A DNA stretch of 64,000 nucleotides from Flectonema sp. DT1601 (GCA_964019425.1 OZ025783.1:992001-1056000), one strand, 5' to 3'. Positions 46,185 to 57,413 are shown, numbered from the stretch's first letter. Program-made: numbers and translations. The notes: generated by a model not told the origin, from the letters alone.

Positions 46185-49182
46185 TTATTTTAATTCTTGT
46201 AGTCGGTTCATGCACCTTTCCATTGATTGTCCCTGTTGAGGTTTTTTATTTGCATTTAAGGAGATCAAAGAGAGGTGTGAAAATAATAAAAGGGTCGACA
46301 ATAAACATACCGTGTTATAATACACGTCTACGACTATTACTGGATCAAAGTCGGGGAATTCCTCAAGAAGCAAATTTATGTCATCTTCCGCACTCCTAAC
46401 AGTTGACGCACTACGAGGCTTCGAAGGCTCCTCTGTTAGCAATGCAGTAAGTGCACCGGGTTTACTGTTTTAGGTTATGATTAGACAAAAAACATACAAA
46501 ACAGCAAAAAGAACCCCCTTGTAAGTACCTCATTTGTAAATAGTACGAACGAACATTCTTCTTACCTTTGTAAGAAGGGGATTGTTTGGTATTGAAACAA
46601 GAAACATACTTTTCAGAGAAATTAGCCTGAGAGCAGTAGATCTTAGTTATTTTGTTTTGAATTGAACGGGCTTCGAATTGCTTGCGGGCTATGTCTAAGA
46701 GCGCTCTATGGAATTGGCTGGGATTGATTGACCCGGAGCGAAGCCCTTGATCAAGAGCACGAAGAGCGTCTTCAAAGGCATTGTCCAGAGCCCAGTATTC
46801 GAGACATTGCTGACCAAGTGGACAATCTGGTTGAATTAAATCCATGTAAGTCTCTCCGTTATCGCGGATGAAATTCTGCGCTCTTTCCTCAGCTAATTGA
46901 GCATCTCGTACAGCTTCGTCTACTCCCGGCACTGCTTTAACAAAAGCTTCATATTTCTCTTTAAACATAGCCGTCTCTTCTCGTACTATCTCTTTTCTAC
47001 CATTTTCCCAATCATTCAAACGAGTAGCAGAAGTCTGTTTTGCATCCGCTAAGTCCTTAGCGACTCTCGGTCGTAGCAGTGCTAACAACTCCTGGCGTTC
47101 CTTTTCATTGTTTTCATCATCGCCACCATCTGCTTGTCGAGGATAGAGGTCAGTAAAACCTTTTGGCTTCTGTTTTTGTTCAGCAATATTATTATTGATC
47201 GTGGCGTTGCACCTGTTGTTACTACTACCCTCCGGTGAAAATAGTACATGCAATGGGCCCGACGCGATTGGAGAACCCACTCCCGACTCTCCAAATGATG
47301 AGAAGGTGCCGAGTGGAGATGAAATATTAGTAGCAGCCATTGGATCAACAGGTAAGAACGCTCTTGATGAACCACTCGCAGCATTCGGTGAGTTTGCTGC
47401 TAGAGACTGTGCACTGACTGGGGAAGAGACATCAACTGCCCGATTTGGAGTGTTATTTGGTAGAAAGGTTGACGGCATTTGATTATTGCCCATCTGATTA
47501 TTGCCTTCTACTATCGCATTAGGTACATGAACGTCAGGTTGCTGTGTTGTAGGAGCTATTGGATGCGCCACAGGTGGGTCAGTTTTGTTCGCGCCAACCG
47601 AAGCTGAGACCTCCGCACCATTGTTTGGTAGAAAGGCTGACGGCAATCCACCTATCTGAGTGTTACCTTCTACTACTGCACTAGGAACGTGAACATCAGG
47701 TTGCTGTGTAGTAGGAGCCCCTATTGGGAGCGCTGCAGGTTGTCCATTTTTGATTGCACTACCAACTGAAGTCGCCTGACCCGCACCGTCATTTGGGAGA
47801 AAGGCTGATGGCATTCCGCGGACTGCTATCGACTCAGGAACATGTTCTGATTGTTGTGTAGATGGCGTTGATATTGGGATCATTGCAGGAGTTTCGTTTA
47901 CTCTCATCTGCAAGTCATCCGCATCAGGATCTACGTCTGCTACGGTTTCAACAGGAAGAAATGCTTGTGGCATCTCAAACTGTTCATGACTTGCTGGAGG
48001 GTTCTGAGAAGTTGAATTGATATTCTCTGCAGACAGGTTGGGAACATCAGTAACGATATCGAGATCCCGAAGTTGTAATTCAAGCTGAGAAGTGTCTGTG
48101 AGATTGGCAGTAGTGTCTGAAACACTGAAAGCCTGAGAGTTTGGAGAAGCCTTTTGTGAATTTGACTCGACTTCTACTATCGGATCATCAGTTTGCACAT
48201 CAAGTTCCCGTAGCTGTTGTTCTAATTGAGAAGTTTTAGTAACGAGATCTTCAGGTGTTGAATCACTTCTCCAAATATCTGCCGCTGGAACTTCTGCCGT
48301 GTTCGGAACAGTTTCTTCAGAAACAACGAGATCATCAGTCGCAATGTTGAGTTCCTTAAGTTGTTGTTCTAACTGAGAGATACTGGGAGACGTGTTTTGA
48401 GGATTCTCACTCACAGCTGACTGAGGAACTTCAGTAGGAAGGTTGAGTTCTTGAAGTTGTTGTTCTAGCTGTGAAGTTGTGGGAGACGGTTGAAGATCTG
48501 CATTAATTTGTTCCTCTGTGTGAGGCTGACAAACCTCAGCGGGGAGTTGGAGATCAGGTTGTTGTTCCAACTGAGAAGGGGGAGAAACACGACCATCAGA
48601 TGGCAGGCCAGGTGTTGAGATTATAGGAGATGATTGCTGATCAGTAGTATTAACTGATGGTTGTATTTCCTTCTCATTAACAGCAGCTATCACTGCAGGT
48701 TGCGGTACTTCAACAGGCTGACCTGATGCAGATGTCGACTCCCCAACAGGTGTGATAGGTATATTTTCAGAACAGCTCAATAAGATGTCAGAAAACAATG
48801 AAATTAGAGACCTCTCACTATCAGCTGCGGACGACCACTGAGACAACGTACCAACCGCAGCGGAGCAAAAAACGCCATTTGCCTGGACTATGGGAGAATT
48901 ACCTACAATTTTGTAACCTTCTGGAGTGACAACTCTACAATAAGGAGCTGACAGTGGATAATCAGGTTTTAAAACAACTCCCACAGGTATTTCATAAAGA
49001 TCAATATCATCCGATACCAACAACGCTCCCTCGATGGTTACTAATTTTAAACCGACCTGTGCAGCAGATTTCTTAGCCACCGCTTTCAATATGTCTGCAA
49101 AGGCCTCATGCGATAGCAGATTATTAATATCACTCTGAACTCTTTCTTTGTTACTATACGAGACAAGTTCTGCTATCTCCAT
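46185..49182 (-). CDS. VPS23: ESCRT-I Vps23/TSG101-like protein, ~924 aa: UEV, long repeat-rich linker, coiled coil, steadiness box, CUE; exons 49182-46610, 46464-46311, 46232-46185
   Basis: UEV LVTIEGAL..YEIPVGVVLKPDYPLSAPYC; core PLGQQCLEYWALDNAFEDALRALDQGLRSGSI..IARKQFEAR; splicing two GTATGT-AG introns gives CUE DINLLLEEFPDFDPVIVVDVYYNT|GQSMERCMNRL. Confidence 0.85.
46233..46310 (-). other. Vps23 intron 2, 78 nt, phase 0, in-frame and stop-free
   Basis: GTATGT...CCTCAACAG; removal gives a compact CUE domain. Confidence 0.8.
46465..46609 (-). other. Vps23 intron 1, 145 nt, phase 2
   Basis: GTATGT...CCTAAAACAG; joins into the frame of the 46185..46442 ORF. Confidence 0.8.
47350..48580 (-). 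repeat. Two families of imperfect intragenic repeats in the Vps23 linker (SQLEQQL-x-EL x5; PSAFLP units x4-5)
   Basis: Visible in protein and DNA, e.g. recurring ttgttgttctaactgaga-like and agaaaggctga-ggca motifs. Confidence 0.85.
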
Positions 49183-50598
49183 GTTTACGATATTTTTATT
49201 ATGTTTTCCTTTATTAGGTTTCTCACTGGTTGCCCCCTCCCACCTAATTGCAGAGGATACAATAAACATAAATATACATTACACCCAACGGATGTTTAAG
49301 TGAACGTAAATTGATTTAGTACGCACCGGTCTCATGGTTCGTAGCTTCACTACCTTTGAATAAAAAATAGATTATATAAAAATCTTAGAAAATAGAATCT
49401 TGACAGAGACATCTTCGACAGGACTACTACGGATTCGCTTTTTTTTTTTTTTTTTTTTTCCGCTAAAGAAATAGTGCCATACAACGAGCGGGGAGCGTAG
49501 GGTGGACAGCTTGCAGTAAAATGAGAACCATAAAGTGAAACATGTGAAACAGCCAACAAGAAAAAAAGTGACCGCGGATCTCGTATCGCAACTGAAAAGA
49601 AAAGAAAAATCAAATAAAAAAACTGACAGCTGTTGTCAAGTCAATCATGTGGATGACAAAGACAGGAGTGTAGAGCACTTCGCAAAACTACGGTGTTTTA
49701 AAACTGATAAAAACACGTGATTTCATTACGAAATAAAATTCAGGGGGGTTTCTGCCCTGCCTCATATACAAGACACACACCTCTTCATTGACTATAGAAA
49801 TATAAAACTTTTAATTAGAGTTCTCTACAACAACAAAAGCACATCAGGATTTGGTTGTGAAACCGTCATCCGGTCTAACTGTGAGAAAGGATTGTGCTAA
49901 TTGCCTCAGCATCAAGTTTTGACTGTTGACGCCGGTAATATTTTTGAGATAATTAAAACAACAACAGAACGGAAGGAATATTTTTAAAAAAACCGGTTAA
50001 AGGTAATTGCTTACCTCTAGAATCGGCAAGCTACGCTGTCAACCCTTTTCATTTTATTTTTTTTTTATCATATTTAGCCTGACAGTTGTTTTTTGCTTGC
50101 CTGTACCAAAATATTGATTATTTGAACGTGTCCCTTTTTGTTTGTGTGCACGAAACTTTAACTCAATATGCTTGTCCTCCAACAGAACCGGTCGAGGACT
50201 AAAGGGAAAAAAAAGGAGAGAAGGGGAAAATAAAACAGTTCGAGTTGACGTATTCTTCTCAGAAGGAGGAGGGAAGGAAAAAAAAAAAAGAGAAAAAAAA
50301 GAAAAAAAAAAGAGGAAAAACAGAAATCACACGTACCCAGCCATGGCCGCTAAGCGCAGTTTTCATGTAACGGCATAATGAACATTGGGAGGAATATTGA
50401 TGTCCCCCCCCCTGTTATTATTATTATTTTTTTCTTTTTGGAAAAAGTATTAACTTGTGACACAGGTCATTCAAATATCAGAGAGAGAAGATATGGACAA
50501 AGGGGAAAAGAATGAATAAATAAAGACAATAACGGATAGCTAGTTTTACGAAATGGCTGAGGGCCACACTCTGAGAAAGACTTCCTTCCGCAGGGCAC

Positions 50599-50633
<35 letters not shown>

Positions 50634-51014
50634 AATTTTTTTATTTCACTAGTAATTTTATCTTATCATTATTCAAGAAAAAATCTTCCACAATTGAGGG
50701 AGGGGATCGCTCGGCAAGAGAGGCAATAAGGGGTGCTGCTCGGATTTCTTTTTTTTTTTTTTTTTTTTCCCCATTTTTTATTTCGTTCTTAGGATAAAGG
50801 TATGCTTATAAATGATAGCAAGTAATGAGTTTTGGGGGATTTAACAAGTATGATTTTCAGCAATGTTAATGTAGTCACCAAACCAGTGCTTGTTTTTCTC
50901 CCCGTCCTCAATCTGACTTTTATTATTTTTTTAATTTTTTCTTCATTTTTCTGATGACTAAACTGCCGCCACTCCGGGTTTGGGAGGCAACGTTCTTAAC
51001 GTTTTGTGTGTGTG

Positions 51015-51045
<31 letters not shown>

Positions 51046-52326
51046 ATAAAATTATCCCTTTCTGTTTTCGTTAATTCTGTTCTTTTTTTTCTTCCCTAAA
51101 TACAAACGTCAGCATTTATGTCTGGAGGCGCAAAATTTCAGTTTCCGGGTTGGAAACAGCTTTGATTTCACCCCATGAGCAACGAGAAAATATTGGTGGG
51201 AGGGGAGGAGCACACCCGACTACGGCGAGGACATAGTTTCTAAGTGAAAATTTTTTCAACGTTTTTTTTTTTTTTTTTTTTCTTTTTTCTTCCATGTCAA
51301 GCAAAAAGGGATTAACCTTACGTTTTAAGCATTAGCTGGCTATAGTGTAAAACGTTTCTGTGGATATACACCACCTGATAGGACCACTTGGTCCTCGAAT
51401 TAGCGTAATAATTGGCCGCACAGCGCAACCACTAACAGAACTTTAGTAAAAAAAGAAAGAACAAAAAAAAAAAAAGGACAAATTGCTTTTCTTGTTACGA
51501 CACGGTTGTCCAAGCAACATAAAACTTAAAATGGATAAATACATCCGCTGTCACTGCTGCGACATGCTGGGGTACATCCAGGCAAAGAAACTTGCAGGCA
51601 AAAAGATTTAAAAAAAAAAAAGAAATGCACCTGTTTTATTACACTGGCCTTAAAAATACTTGCTTTCTATACAGCGCAGTGGTAAATTGAAAATAATAGC
51701 AGTCAAGAACACACCATCCCTACACCCGTTTTTTATCAGCTTCAAAAAAAAAGCCTTCAAACGCCGAGGGGGGGTAAATTTTTTGACTTAAAACGCCTTA
51801 GCAAAAGTTCTTTAAATAAAAATAAAATATAAAATAAAAAAGGGGTGTAAAAATATAACGTTATGGTTGACTGGTTTGCTCTTCATCTTATTGAGCTCGT
51901 TTTGTATGCTAACTAAATACACACTATGATCAAAATATGACACAAGGTATATATAGAATCGTTGCAAATCAACAGATATAAGAAAGGAGGGAAGGGAGAG
52001 GAGGGGGAAGGAATTAAGCGGAGGAGCTTGCAGGAAAAGCTTTTTTTTGATAGCCCCGTCCACTGATCGAGTTGCTGAAGGATAAAAAAAGATCAACATC
52101 GATTTGGTTTTGCCAGGATGATTTTTTATAACCCGCATAAGAATTAATTTGATATCCTTAAATACAAAGATCTTGTAGTCGAATGACAACATACAAGTAA
52201 GACAAGCAATAGTATATCCTTATCCCTTATCTTAGTACTACACAGAGAGGGTAGACAGTACCCAAGGCGAGCATAATTTCCTCAAAAACTCTACAAAGGT
52301 CCTTTGTCAGAAACCTTAGGAAATCT

Positions 52327-54183
52327 TCACGGATGAGGCTGAGGATGTGCCCCATAAGGAGAATGAACATTATGATGTGTTGGAGGGTACTGAACAGGTG
52401 GTGGAGGCTGACGGATATCAGAAAACGAATCTATTGGATGACCTAACTCTGCTGGGTCACCAGTTGGTGGAGGACCAGTCAGCATTTCTGAAACATGCTG
52501 AGGGGAGAAGTAAAGGGGATGAGGCTGTTGGATAGGACCTCCACGTCTTTCGTATTCTGACCAAGTCTGTGGTAGATACATATTTTGGTGTGGTGGCATT
52601 GGAATCCCAGGTGGAGGAACACCAGCTGCTGTAACGGCTGCTAGTGGAGGGTGTTGATGATAAGATGGCGTATGTAAAGAAGGCTGGGTATGTAATGAAG
52701 GAGGGTTAATGCTATTCACTGACAACGTACTCGATGCTGTCATCAACTGATGAGGATCATGAAAAGAAGATGTTGTTTGCAATCCCGACATCGCTACCTG
52801 TTTCTCAATCATAACATCCTTTGCTTGAGGAGATAATGGTGGAGTTGCTGGCTCAGAATCAACATCAGCAATATTCTTCAATCCATCAGGTACTACCTGC
52901 ATCTGTGATGGAGGTGGAGGTTGTGTTCCATAAACACCAGTTGGAATCATATTATTCATATCAGGATGTCCATTCGGATCTCTTCCTTTTATCATTCCAG
53001 TTGGTACACCAACAGCTGTTGCTCCTGGATATCTTTTCTGTGCCTGCAATGGAAGTAATTCCCTTGGAACTGGTCCTTCTTGTGTTACTAAAGGAATAGC
53101 AAATGTTTCATTAATTGAATTATTAAGAGGCATACCCGTCACCGTTACACCGTCTTGGTGACCGTGAGGATGACCCATGCTGGGGGATAGTCTTGGGTCG
53201 TGCGGGTTCATTTTCTCGACAGGTTTTAACTTTCCACTAGGAAGTATCTGCAGACCCGGAAGTGAAGGTAGAGAAGTAATGCTCAAATTAACACAACTTC
53301 CATATATCGCATAGAACTCTCGGCAGATGTGTAAGTTGGCACATTCTCTACCCCACTGACACCTCTTTTCTTGATGTAGTCTGCAGACTCTATTACAAGC
53401 AAATGCCAGAGTGGTAGGTGACGTCATTAATCCACGAAGTCCCTTTGTAGTCATCAATCTATCAAGTGGAAGTGGACACCGTTGATTGTTTTTATTTATC
53501 ATAAAAACCTTTCCCTTATAATCAACTGTGTGATCTGTACCGTGAAATGGACAACAGGGTTTGTTTGGTTCAATAATGAATTTTAAGAAAGCTCTGTCAG
53601 GATGGATTTTAGAACATGACTCTCCCTGTGGACAGATAACACCTTGAATAATTGAAGAACAGATGTGAACTTCTGAGGATAATCCAGTTTGTTCTTGTTG
53701 TTGAAAGAACACTCGTCTTCCAACAGTTTCTTCTGTTTTTAAATATGGAATCACAATACGCGATTGAGCATTTGTTGGCTCGACTACAACTACCTCAACA
53801 GCTCTCTGATGAGCAAGTGGTTCATCATTAACTGGATTCTCAACACAGCTGCCGTCATTTAGATGTTTAGATCTGAGTTCTTTAACGAGGTCTCTGTTAG
53901 CATGGATTTGATTACATCTTCCGTGACTCTTACATCTTCCTTTTTGATATAACATACACAAGTATGAGTCTCTCTTTGTTCCAATGTTATTAATGTAAGC
54001 AACTCTACCGTTTGTTGCTTCAGTTTGAGAGAACATGATAGGAACTTTCTGACGTGTTGCAGGATCAACGACCATCATAATAGTGTCAGGGTCGAGGATT
54101 AAATCATTTGGACTTTGAACTGGCTGTCCTCTATTTCCCATATCGTATTGGGGACCACCAACTCCCCTCCCCTTCTTGCCCAT
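52327..54183 (-). CDS. Multi-CCCH zinc-finger RNA-binding protein of kinetoplastid type with Pro/His-rich tail
   Basis: CMLYQKGRCKSHGRCNQIH, CSSIIQGVICPQGESCSKIH, CCPFHG, CRLHQEKRCQWGRECANLH. Confidence 0.85.
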   Translation of the reverse strand: MGKKGRGVGGPQYDMGNRGQPVQSPNDLILDPDTIMMVVDPATRQKVPIMFSQTEATNGRVAYINNIGTKRDSYLCMLYQKGRCKSHGRCNQIHANRDLVKELRSKHLNDGSCVENPVNDEPLAHQRAVEVVVVEPTNAQSRIVIPYLKTEETVGRRVFFQQQEQTGLSSEVHICSSIIQGVICPQGESCSKIHPDRAFLKFIIEPNKPCCPFHGTDHTVDYKGKVFMINKNNQRCPLPLDRLMTTKGLRGLMTSPTTLAFACNRVCRLHQEKRCQWGRECANLHICREFYAIYGSCVNLSITSLPSLPGLQILPSGKLKPVEKMNPHDPRLSPSMGHPHGHQDGVTVTGMPLNNSINETFAIPLVTQEGPVPRELLPLQAQKRYPGATAVGVPTGMIKGRDPNGHPDMNNMIPTGVYGTQPPPPSQMQVVPDGLKNIADVDSEPATPPLSPQAKDVMIEKQVAMSGLQTTSSFHDPHQLMTASSTLSVNSINPPSLHTQPSLHTPSYHQHPPLAAVTAAGVPPPGIPMPPHQNMYLPQTWSEYERRGGPIQQPHPLYFSPQHVSEMLTGPPPTGDPAELGHPIDSFSDIRQPPPPVQYPPTHHNVHSPYGAHPQPHP

Positions 54184-54411
54184 TTTAACTGTGTGGGGAA
54201 TCCTGAACTGGAAGAAATAATTAACATGTTAAATACTTTGATAAACTTATCCTTCCTTTGAGCTCCATTTGACATTTTGTGTAGAATCTGAATTGTACTA
54301 AACATTTGAAGATTGGACTACCGCGTTCTGAAGAGTTTCTAAATAATATTTCTGCTTTTTCAAGTTGTTGTAGCCGACGGCTTTAACAACTTTAAGTCTA
54401 GTCCTCATTTG

Positions 54412-56739
54412 TTAAACTCTTTTAGTAAATCTTTGATAGGAAGTATAAGTTTTTAGATTACCTGTTCCTTTATATTCAGCGATGATGTCATCTGTTTCGT
54501 CTTCGAACATCCGCATGGCTTTCCAAGACCATGTTCCGCAAACACCTTCTTCACCTGCTTCTCTAAAGAGAGTTTGACTTTGTGTTACTTCGTTAATTAG
54601 AATCCTCTCAAAACCCCCCAACACAGTTATCGACATTGAATATACTAATCGAACACGAGAAGCTTGTAGCATAGTAGCTATTCCACCATCTCCTGCATTG
54701 TTCCATAGGTTGGATCTAACTTGGTGGGTATCACCTAGTTTTCGTATCAGTGTAGAGAATTGAACCCATGGATGATTACCAATAACAGATAATAAGAAAT
54801 CATGTCTTCTTCCACCATATGAATATGAAAAAGCCGGAAATAGTGTCTTGTGGTCTGCAACCATTGAACTTAAAGCTTTATTCCAGGGAGGCTTCCCGTC
54901 TTGTAGACGGTTGCTGTCAAGCATGTTGCCACTGCTGACGATACGCTCCCATGATACTTCTTGTTTTGTATAACCAGAAGTAGGAGACATGTCTTCAATA
55001 TCAGGTAAACCTCTTCCTGTTTCAACTATCCCACAGATGATATCCATCTTGTGGTGGAGTTCTTTAGAGATTCCTCCTCCTCCTCGCAAGTTTCTAAACC
55101 AGGTCCTTACCTTTTCGTCTACCACTGGAGGGCGTACTTCTCTGTTATAATCGACATTGTCTTCTAGACTGTTCTTATTATTAATGTCTCTTATATCACT
55201 TTTTATCAAATCGAATTCCCCTTCGTCATTATCTGTAGAGCAGAGAAGAGTATCGGATGTAGTAGTGTCGGTAATAACTTCAGGGGTTGCGGTATTGTTC
55301 TCTCTAGTAAGTCTTTTTCGCTTGTGAAGTGGAATGAGAATGTTCTGAGGAATGCCTTCAATAATAGACATTCCCTCGGTAGCTTTTGGTGTTTGAATGT
55401 TACGGTCAACACTGGTACAATCCAGTTCGGATCCCTCTTTGTTATTTTTTTCTGCTGATGAGGCTTTTTTAGACACCGGACGAACTATAGTTTCAGAAAG
55501 AGGGGTCGGACGGCTTTCCTGCTGTGCTACTCGACTGACTTCATTGATGAGACGTTCGAGTTGATTCTTTGGAATATTTCGGGTATCGAGATGTTCTAAA
55601 ACAGAACCTAAAGAAGGGACATTATTACATTCAGATGCAGACTTTAACACATGCTGTAGATACAGCATCCACAGCTTATCACAATGGTCTTGTGCCTGTT
55701 CTCGTCGATTAAGGTGTTTTGGTGCAGCATATTTCATTACCGCAGATGCCTCTTGGGGAAGGTTGTTCGAGAAACACCTGCTAATGTGTATTCTGAAATG
55801 GCGATAACTGAGAGAGTGTTCATCCAACGCACGCATAAATATATGCTTTGCGATATAAAAATCTGTCGTAGACGTACCCAAAGCATACCATGAAGTAGCA
55901 GAAACTCTTGTTGATAGATCAGGTTCTATTTTTAATGCTTCCTCAAGTAACTTTTCTGATGAAAAAGCTACTGTTCTTGAACCAGTTGCTAAACGAGGCC
56001 AATCAGGGAAAGAAATCTTGCTCTGGATCTCTTTCATCGAAATCCGTGCTTGCGGACACATTTGTAAATTAGTTAAGTGAATAGAATGTCTCAAAGCTGT
56101 GAAGAACACCAACGCAGCTCTAAAGTCCTTCAAAACTGCTGCATAGTGTAGTAATGCCCTAAACAGAGCACTTGATGTTTCTGTTGCGTGAACTGGTTGT
56201 AGTTTTACTTTGTGTGTGAATATATCTGAACGGAGTCTTCTATAGATTTCAATTGGACATTCAGTAAGATGTTTATTAATATCATTAAAGCTATGAAGAT
56301 AACAAAGACTACTGAGGAATGTTATCCTACACTTGACAGTGTATGTAAAATTCGGTTGCTTCGACAGTTCAGACGCTTCTTCTAAAAAACCAGTCTTACA
56401 AAGGTACGTAAAGAATAATTCATTTGTGTCTTGCAATTCAATAGGATCCAACTTGCTGTCTTGTAATATTTTTTTAAATAGTTTAATACCAGGGATGGCA
56501 TCTGATCTTTCTGAGTAGTCCTCACTTCGATATCCTCTGACTCGTTCTCGGCATTCATTTATTAATTTGAACCTGAGAGTTCTATCTATCGGAGCGTTAT
56601 CTCTCATCATAGACTTGTATATAACATATGGATGTTTACCTCCTCGACCTTCAATTCGGATGTTTCCCTTTTTATCGTACCACTCGATCCATCTCGAGTT
56701 TGCGGATGACCATAAGTGTGTTGTTGATCTTCGCAGCAT
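54412..56739 (-). CDS. Hypothetical mitochondrial protein, 775 aa, possibly with degenerate PPR/helical repeats
   Basis: MLRRSTTHLWS euglenozoan-style presequence; helical-repeat-like segments such as LFFTYLCKTGFLEEASEL and LFRALLHYAAVLKDFRAAL. Confidence 0.7.
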   Translation of the reverse strand: MLRRSTTHLWSSANSRWIEWYDKKGNIRIEGRGGKHPYVIYKSMMRDNAPIDRTLRFKLINECRERVRGYRSEDYSERSDAIPGIKLFKKILQDSKLDPIELQDTNELFFTYLCKTGFLEEASELSKQPNFTYTVKCRITFLSSLCYLHSFNDINKHLTECPIEIYRRLRSDIFTHKVKLQPVHATETSSALFRALLHYAAVLKDFRAALVFFTALRHSIHLTNLQMCPQARISMKEIQSKISFPDWPRLATGSRTVAFSSEKLLEEALKIEPDLSTRVSATSWYALGTSTTDFYIAKHIFMRALDEHSLSYRHFRIHISRCFSNNLPQEASAVMKYAAPKHLNRREQAQDHCDKLWMLYLQHVLKSASECNNVPSLGSVLEHLDTRNIPKNQLERLINEVSRVAQQESRPTPLSETIVRPVSKKASSAEKNNKEGSELDCTSVDRNIQTPKATEGMSIIEGIPQNILIPLHKRKRLTRENNTATPEVITDTTTSDTLLCSTDNDEGEFDLIKSDIRDINNKNSLEDNVDYNREVRPPVVDEKVRTWFRNLRGGGGISKELHHKMDIICGIVETGRGLPDIEDMSPTSGYTKQEVSWERIVSSGNMLDSNRLQDGKPPWNKALSSMVADHKTLFPAFSYSYGGRRHDFLLSVIGNHPWVQFSTLIRKLGDTHQVRSNLWNNAGDGGIATMLQASRVRLVYSMSITVLGGFERILINEVTQSQTLFREAGEEGVCGTWSWKAMRMFEDETDDIIAEYKGTGNLKTYTSYQRFTKRV

Positions 56740-56990
56740 TACGAGTTAGCTGTTGGGTTAGATGGGAATTACTTCATGGTATTTTATACTTTACCAAATC
56801 CTGTTTAAAAAAAAATTGAAATATTATTTTTTTACACAAAGAGACAACACATAACTGAATCATTGAAACAGATCTAAAATATGGTGACGGAAGTCACTCA
56901 CAAAGTAATAAACAATAATATTATGATATTTCCATTTTCCTTCCCCTTTCCCTGGTGCATTCGACAACTTGACACAGAAACTGCCCCGTA

Positions 56991-57413
56991 TTAATAAGAG
57001 CTGCTTTGCGCTAGTGACATTACAGCCGTGTGAGCCGATCCTTGAGGGAGGAGATGAACTTTTAGCGTGTCATTTATTTTCGATTTTATCCTTTTCGCGT
57101 CATCTGCTGCAGTAATGTAGAGCAGCTTCTCAAGACCACGTAACCACTCGTCTTCTATACGAGCTCGGTTTCGAGTGTGCTCGTTGACAACGACCTTCCT
57201 CTCCGACTCCATTACGCGTTCAGCGTATTGGACAACTTTTCTCCTTTCACTGATTTCACGAAGGAGAGAGTCGACGAGTTGCAGCATTTTGTTGTTGAGA
57301 TGCTGCAGCTCGGTCGTTTCTGTTTTTATAAATTGCCCCCTTCCCTTTGCCTCCGACTTTTGTAAATGGATAAAGGCATTCGGATGCGGTGCAATGGGAC
57401 CAGAGCTGAGCAT
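56991..57413 (-). CDS. Hypothetical coiled-coil protein, 140 aa; 5' structure uncertain
   Basis: ORF on the cluster strand with helical, charged composition; upstream exons possible. Confidence 0.55.
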   Translation of the reverse strand: MLSSGPIAPHPNAFIHLQKSEAKGRGQFIKTETTELQHLNNKMLQLVDSLLREISERRKVVQYAERVMESERKVVVNEHTRNRARIEDEWLRGLEKLLYITAADDAKRIKSKINDTLKVHLLPQGSAHTAVMSLAQSSSY

